A DNA stretch of 64,000 bases from an uncultured Verrucomicrobiae bacterium (GTDB lineage: Bacteria > Verrucomicrobiota > Verrucomicrobiia > Limisphaerales > JAFGQR01), in contig CAWBHS010000072.1 in the NCBI GenBank assembly GCA_963788655.1, positions 224,001-288,000 of the forward strand, written 5' to 3'. A program made the translations under genes and the position numbers. The notes beneath the pieces are model-generated. The model made no database searches. It worked only from the letters and a program-made list of their open reading frames with translations, and had not been told where the DNA came from. Positions 1 through 8,967 of the stretch are shown here, one piece after another. Each line of letters begins with the position of its first letter. Within the stretch, counting starts at the first letter, position 1.

Positions 1-3000
1 CGGCACCTTGATCGAGCGCGGCGCTTTGAGAAGGGGTTGCTCGCTGGTATCACTCAGCCAGGTTTCCTTCGGTTTCGTGCCGGGCCAGGATAATTTCACT
101 TTTTCCTCCCGGCCCGAAGCGCCAAACAGTCGCACGATCCACGCCCGCCCGTCGTCGCTGGGCTTGAAGGCGGTGACCAATACCTTATCCGACGACACCT
201 CGAAGCGCGGCCGCGTGGGCGCGTAACCGACCGACCGCGACCCAATCAAGGGCTGCGAACAATCGGCCCCGAACTTCGCTGCGGCGAGCGGATCATACTC
301 GCGGTGCGGGCGCAGGTAATAGCGGAATACGGTCGGCCCATCCTGGTCGGCGCGGTAGTTGGTGTGCCAGTGATTGTTCATCACCCAGGAATAAATGGTT
401 TGCGACGGCGGCAAGTGTTTGATCCATACGTCGGGATTGGTTTGCGAGCCAATCAAATTGGCCGTAATGCCGCCCACCTCGACCAGGGGCGCATCCACGC
501 TGGCCCACGTGACGCCGTAGTCCGCGTTCGCAATGTCCACCCAGCGCTGCACGCTGAACCAGTTCTTGCACGCGGCGGGAATCTGGTCCACTTCGGGCCG
601 TACCACCGCCCAGCCCACGTCCATCCGCGCGGTGCCGTCGGGCACGTTAAAGCCAAAGCCAAAGTGCAATCCTTCCTTCGCGCGCACGGGCAGCTTGTCG
701 ATGGTGTTGATGATTTCCACGTGGTCCAGGCCGTCCACGGCGCGCACTTCGCGGCGGAGCTTCCGGCATCCGGGCGCCTCCGACTCAATCAATAGCGACG
801 CGACCAACGGTCCGTTCTCTTTGATGGAAATGTGCGGTTTGCCGTTGCGTTGGAGATTTTTGAGGTCCGCGCCGGGTAGGTAAAAGAAATCGTTCAATGC
901 CGTGGCCGCCTGGCTGTCCACCAGTTCAGCGCGGGCGGCGCGGCTTTGAAAACTGGCAATGGCCCCGGTGTGCTCGTCCAGGCGCAGCGTGAACTGCGGA
1001 TGCTCCAGCGTCACGCCTTCGGCCTTCACCCGGCCTTTGGCCAGCGCCGCGCCCGCTTCCACGCGATACGTTTTCGCCGCCAGGGGAGGAACGTCTTCGG
1101 CGAGAAACACCAGTTCGCCGGTTGAAAGCCGTTGCGACGGCACCGCTCGCCCGCGCGCGTCCACAACCCGATCGCCGGCGGCGGAATCTTTGGCGGAAAG
1201 GGTGATTAGGCCAGTGCGTTCCCACGAGCAAGTATTGAACACATCAAACGCGGACGTGCTCTTTGCATCCGAAGCGGGCGCTGCACCGGTCCGCCCTTGC
1301 CCCAACGCCAGGTTGAGCAGTTCATGCGACTGCCGGTCGGCGTCGAGCGCAAATCCTTGTTTGACCTGCCATTGCTGTTTCACGAAATCCACGTCCGGCT
1401 GGCTGATGCTGTTGTGCGCGCCCCAGGTGTGTTCGCTGTAAAGCAGCACATTCCGCCAAGCCGCTTGAAACTCGCTGGCCGGAAACAAACCCGGACTGCG
1501 AATGCCCCAAAGCGTTTCCGCTTGCACCAGGCGCTCGGCGGAGGCGCGATTCAATGCCGTTTCGCGTGCGGAAGAGCCGGCGCCGTCTTCCCAATACGGT
1601 GTGTAGTCGCCACGGTAGGTCGGCAATTGCGCACCGTAGCGAGCTGCGAATTGCTCGAAGGTCTCGGCCGTGGTCGAAATGACCAGGTGGGGATAAGCAT
1701 AGCGTTGGTTCCAATCCCGCACGACGTCCGCCAGCTTCTCATCAGGCGGGCCATTGTCACCGTGAACGCTCCAGCGCAGGTAAGTCAGGTCATACGGGTA
1801 TGATTTGGCTTCCAGTTGAAGCATATAATCCGGCACGTAGCGCGCCAGCGCTTCGCCGCTGCCAATGATGTGCCCCAACGCATAGCCCTTGGACGGGCAC
1901 CAGCACAGCACCCGCGATTTGCCGTCCGCGCCCACCCACCAGAACGGTTGGTTTTGCCAGGTGACCATCGTACCGCCCATCCGATCAAAATAGTTGGGCG
2001 CAAACGAAAAGTACTTCACCCCGGCCTCGGCCATCGCCGTCACCGTGCTCCAGGTGTAACCGGGCACATCGCTGATCATAGCCGAGACGATGGGCACCTG
2101 GCAGCGCTGCGCCAACCGCGTGGCGTAGCTCATCGACCGGACCAGTTCCTCGGGACGGCACAGGCCCGTCAGGATATTTCCATACAGGGCGTCGAGCCCA
2201 ATCCGGTGGTGCTGAACGGCCACAATGAATTCCCTCTGTTCTTCCGGCGTGGCCGTGCGCAAAAAGTTCTCCACCGGCCAAAGAACTTCGACGTTCCATT
2301 TGAAGCGCGCCCCCAGCGGGTAGTCTTTGGTTTCGCGAATCAACTCGAGTGCGCGCCGGATGTTTTCGTCTTGTTTCTTTTCCACGTCCGCTTGGAGCGC
2401 CGTGTATCCGATATCGACGTGCGATTGGGGCAGGATATGGATTTCCCATTTGCGCACCGGCTTGCGCGTGAACGTTCGGGTGGCCACGGTCTTGCCGGCC
2501 ACTTCGAGGCCGACCGAGGCTTGCGTTTCCTCCCACAAATGCGGCAGCGCGAAGTCGAGCGTCTGCGCCCCAGGCCGCAACGTGATGTCACGCGGCGCCA
2601 ACGTTCCCACGCGGATTTTCGCCGGCACGGGCGTGCTGTAGGGATAATCCAGGATGACTTGCAGCGGCTGCACGAGCGCGGAATCTTTTCGCTCCAGCAA
2701 AGGGAAGGCTTTGGTCTCGATCTGGACGTGTCTCGGTTGAGCCTCCGGTTCGCCGGCAGTGTAGAAGACCAGTTCGGCGCCACCAACCGTGCTGTAGTTT
2801 TGCGGTCCCAACGCCGCTACCCGCCAGCGAATCCGCTGTACGGACACCGGCGTCGGCAGCGTATAGAACGTTACCCCGCCGCGCTGGTTGACGTGCGGGA
2901 CGGTGATCCGAGCGGTGACGCCGCCGGCAGCGTCCAGGAACGTCAGTTCCGAAGCGGCCACGGTGGCGGGGTCGTTGCGATCCTGGTGGCGCAAGGCTGC

Positions 3001-3285
3001 GATGCGCGTTGGCTGTCCGAAATCGAACTCGATAAACGTGTTGGTGCCGTCGCTCTTCGAGGAATACTCCGTGCGCGGATCGCCATCCACCAGGTTGCCC
3101 ACCTCGTAATGCCCGCCCGGGTAGGCGACGGAACTCTGCACGATCCGGGGCGTCGATAACGGAATGAGGGGAACGAACGTGGTCGGCGCGTTGGTTGCGG
3201 AACTGGCAGTGGCTACGATTTGGTCGCCGGCAGCCACCAATCCGAGCACTGCCAAGGTAAACCAACAGCTCAAAGTATTTTGCAT
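1..3285 (-). CDS. Secreted GH38-like (alpha-mannosidase-type) glycoside hydrolase with N-terminal discoidin/F5-8-like domain; runs off the left window edge
   Basis: Absent from the ORF track because it has no stop in the window. Manual translation from ATG 3285 gives MQNTLSCWFTLAVLGLVAAG (signal) ...NLVDGDPRTEYSSKSDGTNTFIEFDFG (discoidin-like) ...PQSHVDIGYT (GH38 N-terminal metal motif, ~2400-2430). The same frame reads ...WLSDTSEQPLLKAPRSIKVP at position 1. Confidence 0.8.
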   Translation of the reverse strand, partial: MQNTLSCWFTLAVLGLVAAGDQIVATASSATNAPTTFVPLIPLSTPRIVQSSVAYPGGHYEVGNLVDGDPRTEYSSKSDGTNTFIEFDFGQPTRIAALRHQDRNDPATVAASELTFLDAAGGVTARITVPHVNQRGGVTFYTLPTPVSVQRIRWRVAALGPQNYSTVGGAELVFYTAGEPEAQPRHVQIETKAFPLLERKDSALVQPLQVILDYPYSTPVPAKIRVGTLAPRDITLRPGAQTLDFALPHLWEETQASVGLEVAGKTVATRTFTRKPVRKWEIHILPQSHVDIGYTALQADVEKKQDENIRRALELIRETKDYPLGARFKWNVEVLWPVENFLRTATPEEQREFIVAVQHHRIGLDALYGNILTGLCRPEELVRSMSYATRLAQRCQVPIVSAMISDVPGYTWSTVTAMAEAGVKYFSFAPNYFDRMGGTMVTWQNQPFWWVGADGKSRVLCWCPSKGYALGHIIGSGEALARYVPDYMLQLEAKSYPYDLTYLRWSVHGDNGPPDEKLADVVRDWNQRYAYPHLVISTTAETFEQFAARYGAQLPTYRGDYTPYWEDGAGSSARETALNRASAERLVQAETLWGIRSPGLFPASEFQAAWRNVLLYSEHTWGAHNSISQPDVDFVKQQWQVKQGFALDADRQSHELLNLALGQGRTGAAPASDAKSTSAFDVFNTCSWERTGLITLSAKDSAAGDRVVDARGRAVPSQRLSTGELVFLAEDVPPLAAKTYRVEAGAALAKGRVKAEGVTLEHPQFTLRLDEHTGAIASFQSRAARAELVDSQAATALNDFFYLPGADLKNLQRNGKPHISIKENGPLVASLLIESEAPGCRKLRREVRAVDGLDHVEIINTIDKLPVRAKEGLHFGFGFNVPDGTARMDVGWAVVRPEVDQIPAACKNWFSVQRWVDIANADYGVTWASVDAPLVEVGGITANLIGSQTNPDVWIKHLPPSQTIYSWVMNNHWHTNYRADQDGPTVFRYYLRPHREYDPLAAAKFGADCSQPLIGSRSVGYAPTRPRFEVSSDKVLVTAFKPSDDGRAWIVRLFGASGREEKVKLSWPGTKPKETWLSDTSEQPLLKAPRSIKVP

Positions 3286-3461
3286 GTAGATATTATGTAC
3301 AACGGGTGACAATTGTTGCGCGAGAAAAAACACGGAACCGTTCCGCGCGGCGATCGTGAGCAGCGCGCTCCGCCAATGTTGGACGGGCGTCCCGCCGGTG
3401 CTGAAATGCCCAAAAGCGCCCGTTGTTCTGCAAATGCCCGAGGGCCGATGTCCATTGAATC

Positions 3462-3610
3462 TCGCGCAGTGTTTGGAGTGCGGGGCGCTTGCTTCCGCGT
3501 TCGTGTGACGCAGGCCGCGCGAAGACCGAGGCGGCGCACCCGATCATTTGAGTGCCGTTTCCTCGTCCGTAAGCGCCGGCAAGCCGGACGCACGCCAAAC
3601 GCTGGCGCGA
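3462..3610. repeat. REP-like inverted doublet (GGAGTGCG family), degenerate
   Basis: CGCGCAGTGTTTGGAGTGCGGGGCGCTTGC ... GCAAGCCGGACGCACGCCAAACGCTGGCGCG form imperfect inverted arms. Confidence 0.55.
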
Positions 3611-3885
3611 CTGACCGTACGCCACTTGCGAATGGCTGTGGTTTCCCGCAACCGGGACGGTTTTTGTGTGCGCCGAAGAACAGGCGTCCTACTTGTCTCG
3701 AACTGCCAGCAAACGCAAGCCGCCTGCGCGGCTCCCGATGACCAGTGAACGCTGCTGGTCATTCGAGACCGCCGGGACGGCTGTCCTACGGGGTGCGGAT
3801 ACGCAGCCTTACGAGCATTTGTGCTGTTCTTACTGTGCAGGCGACTGGATGGAATACACTTTGGATTAACCGATGGTTTTGTTTC

Positions 3886-4016
3886 CCCTCACCCCAGCCC
3901 TCTCCCCCGGGAGAGGGAGAATTGATGGCCGGTTTTCTGAAAACACGATGTCCCTTGGTTTCCGGAGCGGCACCTCCATCGGTTCCCTCTCCTTGGGGAG
4001 AGGGTTAGGGTGAGGG
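3886..4016. repeat. REP-like inverted doublet (CCCTCACCCC..CCCTCTCCC..GGGAGAGGG family)
   Basis: CCCTCACCCCAGCCCTCTCCCCCGGGAGAGGG ... CCCTCTCCTTGGGGAGAGGGTTAGGGTGAGGG; the same unit occurs four more times at 8352-8802. Confidence 0.8.
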
Positions 4017-4065
4017 AGAAGGAGCCGATTGAATGTCACCATGCGTAGTCCATCCCAAGCTCTCA

Positions 4066-5397
4066 TCAGTAAATCAGCCGTGTTCGTCCGGGAACAAACA
4101 CCGGATAGCTGCCGTCGGGACCGGGTTTGGTGGGCGGTTCCATGCCGTCATGGCAGTCCTCCGGGACCGGCGGGTAGTAGAAATCGGACGCATTGATTTG
4201 CTCCCAGGAAATCTCCTTACCAGTGTAGCAGGAGAGCTGGCCCATGACGCCGATCATCGTGCTGCGCACCATGTAATCCCCATGGTTGAGCGGCTTGCCG
4301 GAACGGATGGAGGCAAAGAGTTTGTCGTGTTCAATCTGGTATGGGTCCGCCTGGCCCTGCCAGCGCCAATTGTTTTCGCCCCAAATCCGGCAGGCTGTGA
4401 TCGAAGCCTGGCCTTTGCTGCCGTGAATTAGACTGGAAGATTCATTGTAGCATCCGGTGGTGGTGCGGCAGAAAGCATACATCCGGACACCGTTGGCGTA
4501 ATGGTACACCACGGAATGGTGATCGAACACGTCGCCATATTTCTGGTCCGTCATGGTGGAACGGCCGCCTAAACCATGGCAGTTGACTGGCGGCAGTTCC
4601 TTCATGGCCCAGGTTGCGCGGTCCACGTTGTGAACCAGCGACTGAACCACGTCATCGCCCGAGAGCCAGACAAAATGATATTGCGTGCTGCACTGCCATT
4701 CAAGTTCGGTCAGGCCCTGCTTGCGATCGGTGACGCCGTACGGTGCGCGCAAGAAGTTTTCCTCGATGGCGACAATATCGCCGATGGCGCCGTCGTGGAT
4801 GCGTTGCACGGTTTCCGCGTAACCGGGATGGTGCCGGCTGTGCAGACCGGAAACAACACTGAGCTTCTTTTCTTTGGCCAGATCACACGCGGCCTTCATG
4901 AGCTTGAGTCCGCGCGGATCAATGCCGTGGGGTTTTTCGGTGAACACATGTTTGCCCGCCTGGATGGCTGCCATGGTGTGCCACGGATGGAACTTGGCCG
5001 CATTGGCAATGAGCACCACGTCCACGTTTTCGAGGACTTGTTGGTAACCGTCAAATCCGGTGAAACATTTGTCGTCGTCCACCGCCACTTGGTCCGGACG
5101 CGCCTGTTGGATGGCGGCGCGCTTGCTTTTAACGCGGTCCATGAAGATGTCGCACATGGCCACCAGGCGGGCGCCCGGATCGGCGGTCAGGGCTTGGACG
5201 GCGGCGCCACTGTTGCGTCCGCCGCATCCAATCATGCCGACGCGCAGGACATCACTGCCCGCCGCGTAGGCGACGCGGGCGATATTCAGGCCGCCGAGCG
5301 CGACCGCTGAGACGGTCGTGGCCGATGTTTTGAGGAAAGTGCGCCGGGAAGTGCCTGGTGCGTTCACCGGTTTTTTGGAGGAGGACGTATCGTTCAT
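4066..5397 (-). CDS. Tat-exported Gfo/Idh/MocA family oxidoreductase
   Basis: SRRTFLK twin-arginine signal, VGMIGCGGR Rossmann motif, GKHVFTEKP. Confidence 0.92.
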   Translation of the reverse strand: MNDTSSSKKPVNAPGTSRRTFLKTSATTVSAVALGGLNIARVAYAAGSDVLRVGMIGCGGRNSGAAVQALTADPGARLVAMCDIFMDRVKSKRAAIQQARPDQVAVDDDKCFTGFDGYQQVLENVDVVLIANAAKFHPWHTMAAIQAGKHVFTEKPHGIDPRGLKLMKAACDLAKEKKLSVVSGLHSRHHPGYAETVQRIHDGAIGDIVAIEENFLRAPYGVTDRKQGLTELEWQCSTQYHFVWLSGDDVVQSLVHNVDRATWAMKELPPVNCHGLGGRSTMTDQKYGDVFDHHSVVYHYANGVRMYAFCRTTTGCYNESSSLIHGSKGQASITACRIWGENNWRWQGQADPYQIEHDKLFASIRSGKPLNHGDYMVRSTMIGVMGQLSCYTGKEISWEQINASDFYYPPVPEDCHDGMEPPTKPGPDGSYPVFVPGRTRLIY

Positions 5398-5584
5398 AGG
5401 CTGAGATGATTGGATGATGGTTACGAGTAAACGTTCGTTGCTATCGGTATCGACTGCTCATGCAATTTGAGTCTTGATTGTGTATCGCCGGCAGGCATTT
5501 GAAAAGGAACAAGTGCAGCCAAATCATGACGCTTCAAACGCCCATCGTTCTTTGCCTGATGCTCGTGAGACTGATCGAAAACTG

Positions 5585-5670
5585 GTAGCAGCCGACGTGA
5601 GGAGGCTCATTCTGATCGGGAGCCTTGCTGTCTTTCGAAGAAATTTGAGCCTCCTCACGTCCGCTGCTAC
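5585..5670. repeat. REP-like inverted doublet (GTAGCNGCCGACGTGAGGAGGC family)
   Basis: GTAGCAGCCGACGTGAGGAGGCTC ... GAGCCTCCTCACGTCCGCTGCTAC; other copies at 15021-15091 and 35211-35281. Confidence 0.85.
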
Positions 5671-5696
5671 TGGATGGTTGAAGGAGAAAGAGGCTC

Positions 5697-8291
5697 CTAC
5701 AATCGTTTCACTTCGATCCAGGTTTCGCGCTGGGCGCCGGTGGCGGGTTCACGGACGACCAAGCGGTGCCGGCCCGCGGTGAGTAGCACGACCGATTGTC
5801 CCTGGTCCTGGTTGCAGTCCAGCGAGTCGCATTGCCAGCGCAGTTCGCCAGTGCCTTCGGCCTGCAAACGGATACGACGGCTGTCGGGCGGCAGGTCCGG
5901 GTCCAGGAAATAAATGGTTCCGGGCAGCGGCGATACTATTCGCAGTGCGGGCGCCGTTTCCCGGAGCACGGCTTGATCGAGCAACCAATTGTCGCGGCTG
6001 GCGAACCAAGCGCGATATTCCGCCGCCAGTCGGACTCGGCCGGCAGCATCATAGTCATCGCTGGTTTCTAACGCGGGCAGTGCCGGGGCTATGAATTTCT
6101 CGACGGCTACCCAACGTGCTCGTCCATTTTGCTGGGTGGCCTCGGCCGCACTGGCGACCGGCGTTCGGAGCAATTTCCCGGTCAGAACTTGAATCGGTTT
6201 CTCGACCAGATTGGCCGGCGGATCGTACCAAGAGGTGCCAAAACGCCGATGCAAGTGCTCGAACAGATCGTGCAGGATGGGCGCCGCGCCGGTAACGCCG
6301 CTGACGTGTTCCATGGGCGTGCCGTCAAAATTGCCGACCCACACCCCCACCGTAAACTCCGGCGTGTACCCGAACGTCCAGTTGTCGCGAAAATCCGAGC
6401 TGGTGCCGGTCTTGCACGCGACGGGAAAGTTAAAGCGCAAATCCGAATCCATGCCAAACGTCAAAGCGCGCGCCGCGTTGTCACTGAGAATATCCGCAAT
6501 CAGCCACGCCGCACCCCGTTCGCATACTTGTCGCTTCATTCCTTCTCCCCCCCGTCGTCCGCCAGAGGCTTGCTGACCTCTGATTTCTGACTCCTGACTC
6601 CTGACTTCTGCCACCTGCCACCTGCCACCTGACTCCTGTCCTCTGTCCTCCGTCCTCTGTCCTCCGTCTTCCGTCCCCCGCACCAACCGATACGGCCGAT
6701 ACTCTCCCAAACGCGCCAGGCAAGCGTAGGCATTGGCCAGTTCGAGCAATCGCACCTCGGCGTTGCCGATGGTCAGGCCGAGACCGTAGAATTCCGGCGA
6801 TTCCGTCAGCGTAGTCAGCCCACATTTCTGGAGGCGATGTTGCAAGACCGCCGGTCCGCCGATGGAATCAAGCACCTTGACGGCGGCGATGTTAAGCGAA
6901 TTGGCCAAAGCCAGTCGGTAACGCATCGGCCCATAACATCGGCGGTCGTAATTGACCGGCGAATAGACCCCGGTGGGCGTGGCGAAATCGGTGGGCACAT
7001 CCGCCACGATGTTGGCCGCGGTGGCACCTTGCTCGAACGCCAGTAAGTAGGTGAACGGCTTGAGCGTCGAGCCCGCCGAGCGCGGCGCCCAGGCGCCATT
7101 CACTTGCCCGGCGTGCGGATCGAAATAGTCCTCCGAACCCACCAACGCGAGCACGTCACCACTGCGGTTGTCCAGAATGACGATGGCGCCGTTTTGAACG
7201 TGATGCGACTGGAGCCGCGTGAGATGACTTTTCAAGGTCTTTTCGGCAAACCGGTTCAGTTCCAAATCCAGTGTCGTGCGAACGCACGGCCCCCGTAGGA
7301 CAGGCGTCCCGCCTGTCCCGATTGATCCACGACGTCCTACTACCATCTGGTCGTCCGAAAAATTGTCGGCGCCATTGGTTATTCGGGACAGGCGGGACGC
7401 CTGTCCTACTTGCTGCAGCACCAAATCCACGAAGTGTGGCGCTTGAAAGACCCGCGTTGGTTTCGCCAGCCGGAGTGGCTCCGCGGCCGCCCGTTGATAT
7501 TCGTCAGCCGTCAAAAACCCGTTCTCCTGCATCTGCCGCAAAATCCATTGTTGACGTTTGCGGGCTGGCTCGAAGTGGTGATACGGATTCAGCCGCGTGG
7601 GCGCCTGGGGCAGTCCAGCCAGCAAGGAGCACTCCGCCACGCTCAAATCGCGCAAGGGTTTGCCAAGGTAGAATGCCGCCGCGGCGGCGCATCCGCGGTT
7701 GAGGTTCCCGTAATCGAGGCGGTTCAGGTATTCGGCCAGAATGCGTTGTTTATTCCAGACTTGCTCGAGCCGCAGTGCCTGGGCGGCCTCGATCAGTTTG
7801 GTGCGCAAAGTTCGCGGACGCGGCTCCGCCATTTTGATGAGCTGCTGGCTGATGGTCGAACCGCCCGACACCACCCGCCGATGCCGCACCAGGCTCACCG
7901 CTGCGCGCAAGGTGGCGCGCCAATCCACGCCCGGATGTTTCCAAAACCGTTTGTCCTCCGCCGCCAACGTGGCCTGCACCAGCGCCTGGGGCATCTCGGC
8001 GAATTTGACTTGCTGGGAAAAGCCTCTGTCGCCCTCCCGGACTTCGCGCAACGAACGTCCCTCCCGGTCGAGGAATTCCCAATTCGAATTGTTTGGGTGG
8101 AACAACGCCACCGGCAACGGCACCCAGCGCAAAGCCAGCCAACCGGCCACGGCGAAGACCAGCAAAGCTCCCCCGCACCAACCGATGCGTTTGAGCCCCG
8201 TTCGGAGTCCCGCCTTTAGGCGGCGCGGCGCCCGAATTGCCTGAAGGCTGGACTCCAAACCTGAAGCATTTCCTTTCGGATTGTTCTTCAT
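5697..8291 (-). CDS. pbpC: Penicillin-binding protein 1C (transglycosylase/transpeptidase) carrying in-frame repeat insertions
   Basis: TG motifs EDKRF, GGSTISQQL; TP motifs STLK, SLN, KTGTS; downstream of alpha-2-macroglobulin as is typical. Start uncertain (8291 chosen; ORF open to 8465). Confidence 0.92.
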   Translation of the reverse strand: MKNNPKGNASGLESSLQAIRAPRRLKAGLRTGLKRIGWCGGALLVFAVAGWLALRWVPLPVALFHPNNSNWEFLDREGRSLREVREGDRGFSQQVKFAEMPQALVQATLAAEDKRFWKHPGVDWRATLRAAVSLVRHRRVVSGGSTISQQLIKMAEPRPRTLRTKLIEAAQALRLEQVWNKQRILAEYLNRLDYGNLNRGCAAAAAFYLGKPLRDLSVAECSLLAGLPQAPTRLNPYHHFEPARKRQQWILRQMQENGFLTADEYQRAAAEPLRLAKPTRVFQAPHFVDLVLQQVGQASRLSRITNGADNFSDDQMVVGRRGSIGTGGTPVLRGPCVRTTLDLELNRFAEKTLKSHLTRLQSHHVQNGAIVILDNRSGDVLALVGSEDYFDPHAGQVNGAWAPRSAGSTLKPFTYLLAFEQGATAANIVADVPTDFATPTGVYSPVNYDRRCYGPMRYRLALANSLNIAAVKVLDSIGGPAVLQHRLQKCGLTTLTESPEFYGLGLTIGNAEVRLLELANAYACLARLGEYRPYRLVRGTEDGGQRTEDRGQESGGRWQVAEVRSQESEIRGQQASGGRRGGEGMKRQVCERGAAWLIADILSDNAARALTFGMDSDLRFNFPVACKTGTSSDFRDNWTFGYTPEFTVGVWVGNFDGTPMEHVSGVTGAAPILHDLFEHLHRRFGTSWYDPPANLVEKPIQVLTGKLLRTPVASAAEATQQNGRARWVAVEKFIAPALPALETSDDYDAAGRVRLAAEYRAWFASRDNWLLDQAVLRETAPALRIVSPLPGTIYFLDPDLPPDSRRIRLQAEGTGELRWQCDSLDCNQDQGQSVVLLTAGRHRLVVREPATGAQRETWIEVKRL
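6573..6677. repeat. Heptamer tandem array (15 x 7 bp, CTGACTC/CTGCCAC/CTGTCCT variants) inside pbpC
   Basis: CTGACCT CTGATTT CTGACTC CTGACTC CTGACTT CTGCCAC x3 CTGACTC CTGTCCT x2 CCGTCCT CTGTCCT CCGTCTT CCGTCCC = 105 bp = 35 codons. Confidence 0.9.
7295..7409. repeat. REP-like inverted doublet (GTAGGACAGGCGTCCCGCCTGTC family) inside pbpC
   Basis: Perfect 27-bp inverted repeat, 7295-7321 versus 7383-7409; intergenic relatives at 34143-34430 and degenerate at ~3678-3790. Confidence 0.92.
8200..8260. repeat. REP-like inverted doublet (GGAGTCCCGCCTTTAGGCGG family) in the pbpC 5' region
   Basis: GTTCGGAGTCCCGCCTTTAGGC ... GCCTGAAGGCTGGACTCCAAAC are imperfect inverted arms. Confidence 0.7.
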
Positions 8292-8302
8292 GACAATTCC
8301 GG

Positions 8303-8871
8303 CAGCGAATGTTTGAAGTGCGCCCTCCATGTCCGCAACGCGCCGAACGTCCTCCCTCTCCCCAAGGGAGAGGGCCGGGGTGAGGGGGAAGGAGCCGTCC
8401 GCCAATCCAGATGGCTCCGACCGGTTCCACGAGCGTCCCTCTCCAATTCGAAGCGCTTGATCCATCCGGGGCCGCCGTTCCCCCTCACCCTAACCCTCTC
8501 CCTCAGGGAGAGGGAACAGCCAGCGAATGCGCTGAACCATAAGTTCACTTCGGCAGCATTCACCGCCACTTGGTTGTTCGCCCTCCGCACCAGCGAATGT
8601 TTGAAGTGCGCCCTCCATGCCCGCAACGAGTCGAACGTCCTCCCTCTCCCCAAGGGAGAGGGTCGGGGTGAGGGGGAAGCAACCGTCCTTACCTCCAGAC
8701 CGCTTGGACGTGTTATATCCCCATCCCTCTCCAATTCGCAGCACGTGATCCATTCAAAGCCGCCGTTCCCCCTCACCCTAACCCTCTCCCTCAGGGAGAG
8801 GGAACAGCCGGCGGAAGCGCTGAGACCTTTGTTGACGTTGACAGCATTCACCGTCGCCTCGTTGTTCGCCC
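8303..8871. repeat. Tandem duplication of a ~288-bp unit, each containing an inverted pair of CCCTCTCCC..GGGAGAGGG palindromes (BIME-like)
   Basis: CAGCGAATGTTTGAAGTGCGCCCTCCATG at 8303 and 8591; similarity continues through both units. Confidence 0.9.
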
Positions 8872-8967
8872 ACTTGGCTAGCTCATGTTTGACGGGCGTC
8901 CTCCGCCTTCGCAACGCGCCGAGCGGCCTCCCTATTTGTTCCATCTTCGCTCGCTGTCCAGGCCCAC

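Noticed and set aside
304..3159. Plus-strand ORFs such as 1816-3159 (447 aa)
   Set aside because: Antisense shadows of the minus-strand GH38-like gene; similar shadows occur opposite most genes in this GC-rich DNA.
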